DNA of 64,000 nt from Octopus sinensis (lineage: Eukaryota). Shown here piece by piece: positions 25,905-38,985 of this stretch; the stretch's first letter is position 1, and each line of letters begins with the position of its first letter. A program made the translations under genes and the position numbers. The stretch is from NCBI RefSeq assembly GCF_006345805.1, contig NC_042997.1, positions 83,948,001 through 84,012,000 of the forward strand. Direction: 5' to 3'. Under the pieces are notes generated by a model. It was not told the DNA's origin. It searched no databases and saw only the letters and a program-made list of their open reading frames with translations.

Positions 25905-26075
25905 TTTCAACCATGTAGTGACATGTGCTTTTCTCAGAGTACTCTTTCCTTTCTCTCTGAAGTTTTTCTCTTTTTGATGAAGAGCCATGCTCAAAACATC
26001 ATATCCCTCTTTTCTCCATCTTAAACTTTCTCTGATCATAAATCTAATACATTCACTGTGTAGGTCCTCTTCACT
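25905..26075 (-). mobile_element. Second decayed RTE-like C-terminal fragment
   Basis: IRESLRWRKEGYDVLSMAL...KGKSTLRK resembles the RLRW...RGRP tail region. Confidence 0.4.
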
Positions 26076-26177
26076 TTTGTTGTTTCTCTGTACTATATTT
26101 ACACATAGTGATGCTAATAACCAGTTTTTAGAATTTGATATAGTTATGCTTTAGAAGAAACCATCCAGAGATTACAG

Positions 26178-26306
26178 AGCGTAATATTAGTTAATGAATG
26201 ACACAAGAACAGGAGTTACATAAACACTTTCATTAGCTTACAGCTGTTTCTGTTATAAAAAGTAATTAAGTAACTCTTGGTCTTTTGTCAATTACAACTT
26301 CATGCA
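26178..26306 (-). mobile_element. Possible Penelope-like terminal relic with degenerate hammerhead
   Basis: GAAACAGCTGTA (palindromic stem III plus GUA), 7-bp stem II; the CUGAUGA core is degraded to TGCATGA. Confidence 0.3.
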
Positions 26307-26548
26307 TGCAAACACACAGACATATGATGGATTCCTTTTGTTTCTACCAAGAAAATCTTGCGTAAGGTTCAAATACATACTGGAATTGAACTCAAAGCCA
26401 TATGGAAGGTAACCACACATTCATGCATGCATCTGTGTCTGTCTGTCTATCTATCTATCTATACACACACACATGCATATATATATACACACATACACAA
26501 CACATACATATATGCATAAACACATCCACAGATGAATATACGCACATC

Positions 26549-26585
<37 letters not shown>

Positions 26586-27443
26586 CACACACACACACAC
26601 ATATATCCACACACATGTACATATACATATATGCATATACACAGGCATACACATGCGAAAGAGGTGAGAGAGAGAGAGAGCGAGAAGGAAAGAGGCAGAC
26701 AGATAAACGGAGAATAACGGGCAGTGATAGAGCTGCCAAAGCAATTGCAAAATGACTGGCTGGTAAGCTGTTTGAAATATACCAGCTGTTCCTGTCAAGT
26801 TTTCTTGGAGGAGTAAACACCATACAATTAGGAGTCTACTCCAAGTAAATAGAAGCAGAGAAAATGTGTGAGAAAATGTTGGCAATGCCTCAATAAGAAA
26901 TTGGTTATAGGGGTCATTGGTAAAAGGTGTTAATAAAAGGCAGAGCATTATGAAAGAAGACAAATAGAGGGTACTTTTAGTGGAAAATAGAAACACATGA
27001 GAGTATAAGAGATGTTCCAGCAAGCACATATGTATGTATGTGGGTGTGTAGGTGACTTAATTTGAGTTATCTACTTTAATTTCTTTTCACAAGGCCAGCA
27101 ATGTTGACTGAGAAAGGGGTGGTGCTAGCTGAATCGATTACATTGGCTGGTAATTCATTTTAGGAATCAAGGAAGTATGAAAGGTCAAACTGAACTCAGT
27201 GGGAAGTGAAGGAACACAAATTAGTAACTTATTTTTAATCATTGTGTGTGCATAAGTGTGTGTGTGTGTCTGTGTGTATATATATATACATATATATATA
27301 GAGAGAGAGGGGGGAAAGAGAGACAGATATAGACACATACATATATATATATATCATCATCATCATCGTTTAACGTCTGCTTTCCATGCTGGCATGGTTT
27401 GGACGGTTTAGCTGAGGACTATCAAGCCAGATGGCTGTACCAG

Positions 27444-27541
<98 letters not shown>

Positions 27542-27544
27542 ATA

Positions 27545-27937
27545 GGCACAGGAGTGGCTGTGTGGTAAGAAGCTTGCTTCCCAACCACATGGTTCCAGGT
27601 TCATTCTCACTGCATGGCACCTTGAGAACGTGTCTTCTACTATAGCCTTGGGCTAACCAAAGCCTTGTGAGTGGATTTGGTAGACAGATTTTGAAAGAAG
27701 CCTGTCACATGTATATATGCATGTGTGTGTGTATTTGTGAGTCTGTGTTTGTCCCCCCCCCACCATCGCTTGACAACCAGTGTTGGGAGTGTTTATGTCC
27801 AATAATTTAGCAGTTTGGCAAAAGAAACTGATAAATACGTACAAAGCTTACAAAGAATAAGTTCTGGGGCCAATTTGTTCAACTAAAAGATGGTGCTCCA
27901 ACATGGCCACAGTCAAATGAGTGAAACAAGTAAAAGA

Positions 27938-27940
<3 letters not shown>
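27545..27940 (+). mobile_element. SINE family B
   Basis: Full head, body and tail. Confidence 0.85.
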
Positions 27941-27974
<34 letters not shown>

Positions 27975-28721
27975 TATAGGCAAGTCTTGGCTGTGTGGTT
28001 AAGAAGCTTGCTTCCTAACCATGTGATTTGGGATTCAGTCCTGCTGCATGGTACCTAGGACAAGTGCCTTCTACTATTGCCCTGGGCTGTCCAATGCCTG
28101 GAAAGTGGATCTGGTAAATGAAAACTGAAAATAGCTTGTTGTGTGTGTGTGTATGTGTTGACATCCTGGTTGTCAATGAGCATCAATGTCATGCAAGTGA
28201 TGCAAAAAACATTTGAACATAGAGAAATATAACCTTGCTTCAAAGCAGGTGAGTGTTGGTGACAGAAAGGCCATTTGGCTGTAGAAAACTTGCCTCACCA
28301 AATTCCATCTGACCCAAGCAACCAAGGAAAAGTGAACATGAAATGATGAGAGAGGGAGGAGAGGAGAGAGAGAAACAGGCAGACACAGAGACATAGTCTG
28401 ATATACATAAAAGTCATTTATTGTAGTCAGATTGTGTATAAACAGTAATTGCTATGGAAAATTAATGGGTCCCAAACATGCTGAAGATATTGTTATCAGT
28501 TGGTTATTGTTATCTAAAAATTTCCCTCCCAAAGTGGTCAGAAAAACTGACTTCTACCATACTTATTTATTTGTTTATTTTTGTTTTATACCATTTTATT
28601 CATGTTGGTTTGTGTTGGATTCCAACTTACTGAGGCAATATTTTACAGCAGGATGTCCTTCTCATTATCAACTTTTAAATGTTTAACAAGTAAGAATTTT
28701 TTTTTCAGTCCTATCATCTTT

Positions 28722-28858
28722 GAACCCTTTTGTTACCAAATTTCTGTTGAAATACACTACCTCTGTTTCAATTAATTTTGATAAAAAATGAAGAATTTAG
28801 TAAAACATAAATATAAAATTTTGATGGAAGGTATAAATTTAAATCACTTCAAAACAGA
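28722..28858. mobile_element. Left part of a TTAA-type MITE (cccttttgttacc end)
   Basis: End resembles the ccctttcgttacc terminus at 59813; its probable right part lies at 29970-29998. Confidence 0.5.
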
Positions 28859-28889
28859 AAATTATTAATGACATAATAATTAATTTATT

Positions 28890-28999
28890 AAATTATTAAT
28901 GACATAATAACAAATAAATTGTTATCATTTACGATTTCATAAACTATACTCATCACATCTCCCCACACCATAAAAAATAGATATATGTATAGAATATAA
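28890..28999 (-). pseudogene. nad5: NUMT, nad5 fragment (downstream part)
   Basis: Invertebrate mitochondrial code gives LYSMHMSIF/MVWGDVMSMVYEIVNDNNLFVIMSLMI, which continues in frame from the upstream part across the SINE. Confidence 0.75.
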
Positions 29000-29003
29000 T
29001 ATA

Positions 29004-29170
29004 GGCGTAGGAGTGGCTGTGTGGTAAGTAGCTTGTTTACCAACCACATGGTTCCGGGTTCAGTTCCACTGCATGGCACCTGGGGCAAGTGCCTTCTACT
29101 ATAGCCTTGGGTCAACCAAAGCCTTGTGAGTGGATTTGGTAGATGGAAACTGAAAGAAGCCCGTCATATG

Positions 29171-29213
<43 letters not shown>

Positions 29214-29261
29214 GATGATGATGATGATGATGATGATACACATACATATATATATATATAT

Positions 29262-29293
<32 letters not shown>

Positions 29294-29654
29294 ACATACA
29301 TATATATATATATATACACATACATATATATATATATATCACATACATATATATATATATACACATACATATATATATATATATATAATATATATATATA
29401 TTATATATATATATATATAAATATATATGTATGCATGTATATGTATATATGTTTGTGTGTCTGTGTTTGTCCCCACAACATTGCTTGACAACCGATGCTG
29501 GTGTGTTTACGCCGCTGTAACTTAGCGGTTCGACAAAAGAGACCGATAGAATAAGTACTAGGCTTACAAAGAATATGTCCTGGGGTCAATTTGCTTGACT
29601 AAAGGTGCTGCTCCAGCATGGTCACAGTCAAATGACTGAAACAAGTGAAAGAGT
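29004..29654 (+). mobile_element. SINE family B, young copy inserted in the NUMT
   Basis: Best-preserved copy (ggcgtaggagtggctgtgtggtaagtagc...; CpGs retained), with an expanded internal TA/GAT tract. Confidence 0.92.
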
Positions 29655-29661
29655 AAAAAAA

Positions 29662-29969
29662 AGTAGTTAAACACATCCCCAAAATCCCAAATAGCCCCAT
29701 CAATAAATTTATACCTTCACTTAATAAAATCTCAATAATTAAATCTTTTGAATAAAATCCAGCTAAAAAATGGAAATCCATACAATGCTATATTTGAAAT
29801 ATTAAGAATAATACTCGTAAAAGGTAGATTATACCTAACCCCTTTGGTATCTCCAATATCCTGAGTCCAACAATAACAATGAATAATGTTTCCATCACAT
29901 AAAAACAATAAAGCTTTGAATATAGCATGAGTATATAAATGAAATAAGGCTAATATAGGCATTTTCATT
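29662..29969 (-). pseudogene. nad5: NUMT, nad5 fragment (upstream part)
   Basis: [30 protein letters not shown]...NISNMALYGFPF/LAGFYSKDLIIEILL...GMCLTT. These are the diagnostic ND5 motifs FHL.THA.FKALLF and GFPFLAGFYSKD. ATA=Met and AGG=Ser fit translation table 5. One +1 frameshift in a T-run at 29765-29770. Confidence 0.93.
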
Positions 29970-30431
29970 GAACCTAGGGCAGTTTCAGGCAGGTTGGCTA
30001 AAGCATACAGCAACAGGACATTTTTATAGGGAATGTAAACATAATGTTACCATTTTGGTTCAGACAGAATCAAGAAAGAATCATAATGTAAACATTCACA
30101 CACACAAAATTTGAGTTTCCATACAGTTTCTATTAATCAATTTCACTCACAGATAACTGATTAGCCCAAGGCTACAGAGGAAAACAAAATGCCTGTCTGA
30201 CCTATGCAAGGAAGGAAAAATAGATGTTAAAGCAACAACATCACAGCCACAGTTGCTGGCAATATATACAACAGGCTATAAACACAGTTTCTGCCTACCA
30301 AATGTCACTCATGAATTTTGGTTGACATTTGGTCAATGTCTGCACAGAGTGTGGATGTGCAGCAAACTTCCTAACCATGCACCCATGCCAGAATCTCTAT
30401 AAGTACACTTTATTTACAGTGTCATGTTAAG

Positions 30432-30612
30432 AGAACCCAGCACACACTGTGGAGTGGTTGTTGTTAAGAAGGATATCCAGCTGTAGTGACCAAGCCAAAT
30501 GAAACTGGAACCTGGTGCAGGGCCCCCGATTACAATCTCTGATGAAACCATTCAACCCATGCCCGCATGGAAAACAGATGTTAAAGGATGAATGATGATG
30601 ATGATGATGATA
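30432..30612 (+). mobile_element. RTE 3'-UTR-type truncated repeat
   Basis: Tail ...catgcccgcatggaaaacagatgttaaagg(atg)n. Confidence 0.7.
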
Positions 30613-33550
30613 TGAAGCAGTTGAGATAGTAATGGCTACTGAATAACAAGCAATATTCAAACTAGATTCGATATGCCTTTCTGATAGGAGGTAGATCAAC
30701 TGAGTCAATGTAGAATTTGTTTGTCTACAACAGTATTTTCCCTGAAAAGCAATAATATACCTGAAGTATATTTGAACTTAAATACAAGGAAGTTGGAATC
30801 CAATATCTTATCAGCTAGTCAATATCTTCTCTAGAACAAAACAAAAAGTATTAACAACCACAGCTTCATTGATGTAAGTAATGAATTCAAACCTCTCTAC
30901 TTATTTCGTCCAGCTCTATGATGTAGTTTTCCATACAGTTACTGGACTTAGCAATGTAATAGATAAATCTTCCTTCAGCATATTACCTACTGTCTCAAAA
31001 AATGGAAAGCCCTAAATCTTTGGATACCAAATTACAAGCTAATAACAGGATGAACAGAAATAAAACCATGATTTAAGGAGTGACTTTTAAGCATAACCAA
31101 CAATGCAAGACACATAATTACTTCCGTAGAATAAGAGATAAGCTTAACTTCAAGCGATCAAAACCTGCAATCAAGCAATGATCTTTTTCTGTTGATTTTA
31201 TTTCTTTTCATTTATGATATTAACATAACTGAAAGACAAAACCACAAATACAAAGGTCTCAGCTTCTTGTTCATATTTGCCTATAAATCTTTATCTTGCA
31301 CTAAAATATGACACAATAATTATTTACTCCTTCCTGCTGGCATTCAGTATATTTTTAAAAAACATTTTTATGAAATTCCAGATCTACTGTCATACTCAGT
31401 AAAGCCATATTGTTTGGCAATGTGACAGAGTAAAATAAATGTAGCAAAATGAGGGGATATTATCAAAGATTCCACTCAGCCTTATTTAAGGAACCATCTA
31501 TGTAGCTTTACCCTTTCTTGTTTCAAAATGACATTTCAGACATTGCCAGCTGCTCTAGATTTTCCAAAGGTCATGACAGCATATAATTTGTATGACTCAC
31601 CTAAACACTTCGCTAAAGAAACACTGTTATATATGTCCATACAGAATGGCATCAATAAATCTGTGCTGAAATTCAAGGCACCGTTTTTGATTTAGAATTT
31701 ACTCTTATACAAGCAAAAATACTTATGACACGAGTTGTGTGTGTGTGTATACACATACACACACTCATAGACACAGACATCCATGCAGAAGTTACAGCTG
31801 GTTAAGTCACCAAGGTTCAAGATGACCACCAAGGAAGTTGAAATTTTTTTTATTTTGTTACTTGTATTGTTCTGCTTCAAAGTTGTTATTCTTAAACTTT
31901 CAACATCATGTAATCACTTTGTTTTTATTATTCTTAGCATTCTGTTTGAAAACTGTCCCAGGATTTGGTTGCATTATAATTCTAGTAAGAAGAAAGTTAA
32001 TTCTACTGTGAGTTTCTTTTAACAGATTAACAGAAAACAGCAACAAAAAAGAGCACAAACTTACTCAATGGCTAACCTGAACTATTTTATTATCATGAAC
32101 ACAAATTATAACACACACACACTGTGTTATGATACTACCTATACACACCTTTACTCCACCAGAAAAAAACACAACAGAATTCACTCTTATTTCATCATTT
32201 TAGTATTAACAGCAAGAGTAACCCACTTTAAGAGCAACATCATAAACAAAAGGTAAAACAACTCATTCAGGCATATCAAAATGAATGTAAAACTAAATAT
32301 AAATGAATAATCTTAATATATTATGACCAGCTATAGAGTCAGAAAGGAAACTACTATCCCAGGCCTTTCACATTTATTATTCCACAGTCAATAAAATAAG
32401 CTAAGTTATAAAATTAAAGTCTAACTGCTAGATTCTTAATCAATGCAAAACTCATTCAAAACCTCAAAATCTATATTTTGTGCATGAGCTGGTTTTCTAT
32501 AATTACAAGCTTATTTTATTTTATATTAATTATGTTGCTTTGTTATTGACTAGTTTAATATTTCCTATTTTATCAAATACTTTAATACTAGATATGTTAC
32601 CAAATTCTTTAATACTTGCTATTTTATTGAATTGCAATTTTATTGAATACATGAAATAACAGAGGAATATAAATCAACTGCAATGATGAAGCAGTAAATA
32701 CTGTAATAACCATACAATATCTGGTTTTATCCTCTTTACTTTCATGTTCAAATAACAAATTACATTATTGACTGTGGAGAAAGGAAATAGTGAAAGAATT
32801 CCAATCCATTTTGAAGGGGGTGGCCATAATTCACTGGATGTGTAATATACAGTACAGAGAAGAACTTTTTAAATGAATAAACCAAAAGCAGTAAATTTTA
32901 TATAAGACAAAGAAGATTAAATTGTTATGAATAAGTAATTAGAGATGAGAAAATGACATGTGACTAGTGTGTTGATAACAAACAGTTAAAAGCAGCAAGA
33001 TGTATGAATTCATATCAAGGCAACTTTGGTAAGTTGGTAATAAAATTAGTTGACACATCATTGTAGTTTAAATGCTTTTGCTGTGACTCAGGCCTAGAAG
33101 TGATCTTGAGCTAGGTACTGGAAGCTAATGAAACACTGCCCCATCCAATGGTACAGTGAGTAGTAGATGCAAAAGAACCAAGTAGAGATAGAAGCAGAGG
33201 TAGTATGCATTAGGTGCCTTAGCAATGGAGGCTGTTCTGTTTATAAAACATAATGCAATCCATTGGCTAAAGGTTTGATTCTCTGTTAACTTGGTTGGTT
33301 ATGACTTTGCTGACAAGCTGAAGTATAGAAAGAAAAAGCAGATAAATTATATATATAACTCATTCTACTTTTGCAATAACTTCAGAGATTCATAAATGAC
33401 TTTAGAAGGTTCAAAAATTTGGAACAGTTGGTGAGAATTTTGTATGCGATTCATCTGATGTATAAAAAATTAAAAAATAGAAATCATATTAGTTTTGATG
33501 CTCAACCTCATTTACATGGTTAATATCTTGGAAAAAAAAAAGATATCTAA

Positions 33551-33744
33551 CCCTTTAGCATTTAAACCGACCATATCTGGCCAAAATATTTTACCTATTT
33601 TATCTTCTAACTGGCTAGTTCCAGTCTCTTACACTGCCCCTACAATATTATTCTAAAAATAAACAATTATGTCTTTGAAATCTCAAAGCTACAAGATAAT
33701 GCATGACTAATTCAAATCAATGTAAATAAATAAATGCAGAAGGG
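33551..33744. mobile_element. TTAA-type MITE
   Basis: ccctttagcatttaaacc ... taaatgcagaaggg|ttaa. Confidence 0.75.
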
Positions 33745-34124
33745 TTAAAACAAGAGTATATAAGCAACTCGTAAATGTCAAGGCATTTGAGAAGTGGTCT
33801 ATAGCTCCAGCTTTATGAAGTGAAATATTTTATAAAATATAACTCCATTTGGACAGAATGTCAACCTTGTTACAGGTGATCTGTCACATATTCTCAATGG
33901 CCATGTGAGCTGAAGTAATATAGAACATAGGAAGTCTACCACAAATTTGAACTAAAACTTCACTAGGCCATTTTGCTTTTAATAAGAAAAGCTTCAAAGT
34001 TACACATTCTCATTTTCCTTTTTCAAATGTGAGGTTGTATAAACAAGTGTTTCAGTGTGTTTCAGGATAGAACAATTTATTCTATTATTATTTTTTTTAC
34101 TTCATCTCAATAGACAAAGCATTT

Positions 34125-34330
34125 GTGAGCTGGCAGTATCTTAGTGAGTTAAACAAAATGGCTTACAGCATTTCTTCCAGATCTCTACATTCTGCGCTTG
34201 AATTCCAGTGGGGTCATCTTTGCCTTTCATCCTATTATGGTTGATAAAAGTACCTGTTAAGCACAGGGGTTGAAGTAATCAACTTGCCTTTCCTCTCAAA
34301 ACTGCTGACCATATGCTCAAATTAAAAAGG
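34125..34330 (+). mobile_element. SINE family A, decayed
   Basis: gagctggcag head and tttgcctttcatcc core. Confidence 0.65.
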
Positions 34331-34770
34331 AAATTTACTTTTATTTTGATTGGTTTAAATTCTAGCCATCTTTGAGTGTCTTAATCCTGAATATCTGCAT
34401 AGTAGTGAACTGGGTTCAAACTAAAAATCTTTATTCATAAATGAAAGATAACATTTTTATCAACTAGTCCACTGAGGCATACACAACTAATGTCATATTT
34501 TTAGGTTATTCAAATTTATCATTTTGTAAAAGGGAGCCATACTGTGTTCATGTCAACCCTAAGCTTATTGACTGGCTCATCAGCAAGTATTAAATGCATT
34601 GCCACCTTGATTTTTCTAAGTTTTCACTTTGGTTTTCTATCAATTATGGAAATTTAATTCCATAGCAGTTTATGATTACCGTTTTCTGTCATAATTGCAC
34701 TGGCCATTCCTAACTTTGAGGTTTCACCTCTCATTAAGGCTTTTTTTATATACCTTTATTCTAATTTTTA

Positions 34771-35070
34771 AGGGATTCCCAATTTCTCCTTTAGAATACT
34801 TTCTGTAAATGTACAGGGTATTATAGAAACTATTCTAACGCTTTCACCATTCCTGAGTAGGTTCAACTTCAGTGAGGTATCTGAGAAGTGGGGTACTAAT
34901 ATTGAACAGATTTCTGATGCTATATATGCTAAAGACTCTTTGAATTTTCTGAGAGAAAACTTTGTTGCAGGCAGAAACACCTTGGAGTTTGGTTTAATAT
35001 ATTTTATATCTTTAACACACCACGTATTTGTGGGAGGTCATATAAAAGCAAAACTGGTAGGTTCTTAACG
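34771..35070 (+). pseudogene. Possible LINE AP-endonuclease N-terminal relic
   Basis: About 100 open codons: FRILSVNVQG...SEVSEKWG resembles the motif I.twNV.G...SE.rW.G; no start codon or downstream ORF. Confidence 0.3.
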
Positions 35071-36879
35071 TCAGAATATCATCAAAATCCCTAAAGAGAG
35101 GAGGAACATCTTTACCAATTCTATGCTATCAAAGTGAGATTTAAAAAGCATTTCTATTTATATTGTAGTAGAAGTATAATATTCATTAAAGTGAAACTAG
35201 AGGGATGAAAAGTAAGATCAACTAGCAAGATTTGAACTCAGCAAATAATAGATAAAAATGATGATGATAGCTATCTATTGCTATCAGTGTTACAATTTGA
35301 CTTCAGTTTGTATGGTGATGATAGTAGCAAGAAATTTGTATTTTGGAACTAAGCTGCATATTTGTATTGAAGGGTTACAATTGATCAGTATCATTCTTGT
35401 GAATTACTGGTATTAATTTTATCAACACTGGAGGAATGAAGCTAAAGCTAGCAGGATTTTTGACTCAACAACAGAGAGCATTGGAACTAAATACAGAAAG
35501 GTAGTTTATCATTTTTTCTCTTTTTTTTACCCAAAGAAGTGTTTCAACAAAAATGTTGGAATTTACATGTTTGCCATGGTATACAAACTTATTCATATTT
35601 GCAAATTTAACCTGACAACCATTTCTGCCAACTCACCAAGGTTCAATTATCTTTGTAACAGGTGCATGTCTTCTGTATAAATACAGCAATTGTTTTTAAA
35701 CAGATGGGGGAGGGGGAAGAGAAAGGAAAAAAATCACTTTATCATTCCATCATGGAGAAGTCTTCAGCTTCCCCATACACATTTTTCTACGCACCACTGG
35801 GTTTTTATGTTTTCTTTGTCACAGTTCTCAGTGTCATATTACAGATTAATAGTCTATTTACTAAAGTGGGGGAGTAATCCTTGAATGCTTTATATACAGG
35901 TTGTTTTCCTTTTTCTTTTCTACTTTCAAACTTTATTTTTATCCCCCTTTTGTCACATTAAATATAATCAACAAGAGGCCCTACTGCTAATTGGTTTATT
36001 GTTTCCTTGAGAACACTATTCACTAGAGCATTGGTTGCGTGTGAGTGGGTACTACATCCCCTTAAGGGTTCCTTCTACCATGAACTACAATTGATTTCTA
36101 AGTTTGACATTAAGTCACAAGAGAGTAGAAAAGGAACTGAACTGACTTAATTCCTTTCATTTGAATATCGGTATTCATTTTATTGATCTGAAGGGTTCAA
36201 AGGCAAAATCACCTAAGTACCTTTTCCTGCTACCCTTGTGGCTCATGACTTATAATTGAAAATACACATTGATGTGTAATTGTCCTCCTTTTCCTGTTGA
36301 ATGTGTATTTTCCTAAAAATCTTCTCATAGCCATAATGAAGCTTTTAACTTTAATTTTTGTATCCTGACAGAGTTATATTTATCATCTCCCTCTGCACAC
36401 ATTAGATGAACGGAATTATTGGGATTCATTAATTTATCTCCATATTCCATACATAACAGAATCAATATATTTGTTTATCTATTTGAATCAGAGACTGGTT
36501 CTCTCTAACGTCTGGGTTCAAAAGCATTCTGATGGTTTGGTTCATAGGTTGACTGGGCAACACACTAAAGAGATCGGTAGTTTGTGTCAAGTGACTGACA
36601 CTGTGTTACATCATTAAGTCAGTTGATATAACACTTAACTCTCAATAGTCATCACCTAGTTGTAAGTGCTAAAGAGTAAGATGCATAATTTAAAGCAATA
36701 ATTCACAACAATATTACTACAAAACTAGTGTTCAGTTGCCCAACAGTGTTCTGTTTCTCCTAAGAGGAAAATAAGTGCCCTAAGAAATGGGAGATATAGC
36801 TCATTATATCATCTATTCAGTGTTAAAGAAACTGGAGATAAACAACAATAATGTAGATTGAGTAAGTAGCTGCTCCTGC

Positions 36880-37240
36880 TGCCCTTTCCTTGGGTTTTGT
36901 AGTTTAGTGAGCTGCATGGTGGCTTCACTAGAGCCAGTGGCACAAAAAGTGCACCATGTATATGCTGTAGAATGGTTGATGTTAAGAGGGTGTTAACTAC
37001 AGAAACCATGCCAAAGAAGACACTGGAGTATGATTCAGTCCTTGAACTGATCTGTTGAACTGTCCAGCCCATGTCAGCATGGAACATGGGTGTTAAATAA
37101 TCTACTATAGGGATAAGGCCTGAAAATTTTGCTGAGGGAACAAGTTGATTACAGTGACCCCAGTGCTTCACTGGTACTTATTTTTATTGACCCTGAAAAG
37201 ATGAAAAGCAAAGTTGATCTCAGGGATATTTGAACTCAGA
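36880..37240. mobile_element. RTE-type tail (+, 36880-37098) abutting SINE family A (-, 37095-37240)
   Basis: Both cores recognisable. Confidence 0.65.
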
Positions 37241-38647
37241 CAACTTGCTGTGATGATGTCACAAACATATAAAAATATTTTGTGTTGCATTTCTGTGTCT
37301 ACATATACACACAAGAAAATGCTATTTATTTTCTAATTAGTAATCTAAAAAGAAAATATTATTGTATTTTTTTACAGTAACAAACTGCTACTTTCTTCTT
37401 TGCTTGTTGATGATTTGTTTAGATGCACAGTTTCTTATTCTCACTCCATCTCACTCTCTTTAGCACAGAAATCATTTTTGCATGTCTTGACTTTTAACAT
37501 TTTAAATTGTTCAGATTTATTAGTATTCCTATATCTTTTGAAACTGGCTTCTTTAAACTAAATAAAAAGAAGGATTAGATAGATGGTTGACAGCCAACAA
37601 GTTTCACAGTGTTATATGCAACAGAAATGTTAAAGATGTAAGCAGTGCTTTATATCTAGGCCTTTAGTGAGTGTAGTAAAATCAGTCAAAATATCTTTTA
37701 GTGTTCCTTTATATTTTGAGTTAAAATCAGTCAAATTTTATATCCTTTTATCTGCCCATCACTTCTCAATCACAGGGGCCTTAGTTCTATCCTACAGTGT
37801 GATACTTTGAGAAAATATCAATTGCACCATAGAATACTTTGAATCACAAGCAATCCCTCAGTTTCACAAGTAGAGCAAGCAAATATTTCCAAAGCCTTGA
37901 TTTAACTTTGGTCATAACTTAGCAGTTCAGCTAAAGAAACTGATACCAGGTTTAAAAAACAAAGTATTGGGATTGATTTGTTTGATTAAAATTCTTGAAG
38001 GTGGTGTCCCAGCATAACCGCATATATATATATATATATATATAATATATATACATACATATATATACATATATATCTATACATTTATATGTACATATAT
38101 AGTGCATATATACATACATACATATATATATCATATATAATGTATGAGTTTCTTAGCAATATATTTTTATATCTATATAATTATGTACACTAAAACTGAT
38201 ACACACATCCATATTCTTCCTCTACATATACAGAGACAGGCAGCGGCACCATCAGCACCACCATGATGATGATCATCATCATCATCCACGTAATATATTT
38301 CTTATTTCTAGTTAAGACTGAAATGAATGTCTTGTGTGGCAAACAATTCAGAGAAAAGCATAGCAAAATCCTTCATAATAACTCATTTAAATTTTCATTT
38401 ATGAAAGAATAGACACTCAATAATATATATGGACACTAAACAATACCCACCAAAAATTGAAATTGCTCCAATTCAATTTTTAACAAAGACTACATAATAA
38501 CATACATTCACAATTAATGTGGTCACACACACACGCATGCACCTCCCCACGCACACACATTTACACATATACATACACACAGAAATGATTCTTTAAAAGT
38601 GTGTCCATGTGTGTATAAAAATATATATGGCTCTGGTAAGAAGTGAC

Positions 38648-38975
38648 TAGGTGATATGAAGTTTGCTTCCCAACCACATGGTTCCAGGTTCAGTCCCACA
38701 GTATGGCAGTTTAGGCAAGTGTCTTCTATTATAGTGCTGTGCCAACCAAAGCTTTGTGAGTGGATTTGGTAGATGGAAACAAAAAGAAGCCTGACATAAA
38801 TGTGTGTATGTGCGTTTGTCTAGTATTGGTTTGTTATGTCTCTGTAACCTAGCAGTTCGGCAAAGTTGGTGGATAGAATATGCACCAGGTTTTAAAAAAA
38901 TAAGTCCTGAGAATGATTTGTTCAACTAAATCTTACAGGGCAGTGTACCAGCTTGGATGTATTCCAAAGACTGAA
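38648..38975 (+). mobile_element. SINE family B
   Basis: Head, body and decayed tail. Confidence 0.7.
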
Positions 38976-38985
38976 ACAAAATCAG

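Noticed and set aside
28890-29969. Functional nuclear-relocated nad5
   Set aside because: Only an internal fragment, uses mitochondrial-code codons, is frameshifted and SINE-interrupted, and has no targeting sequence.
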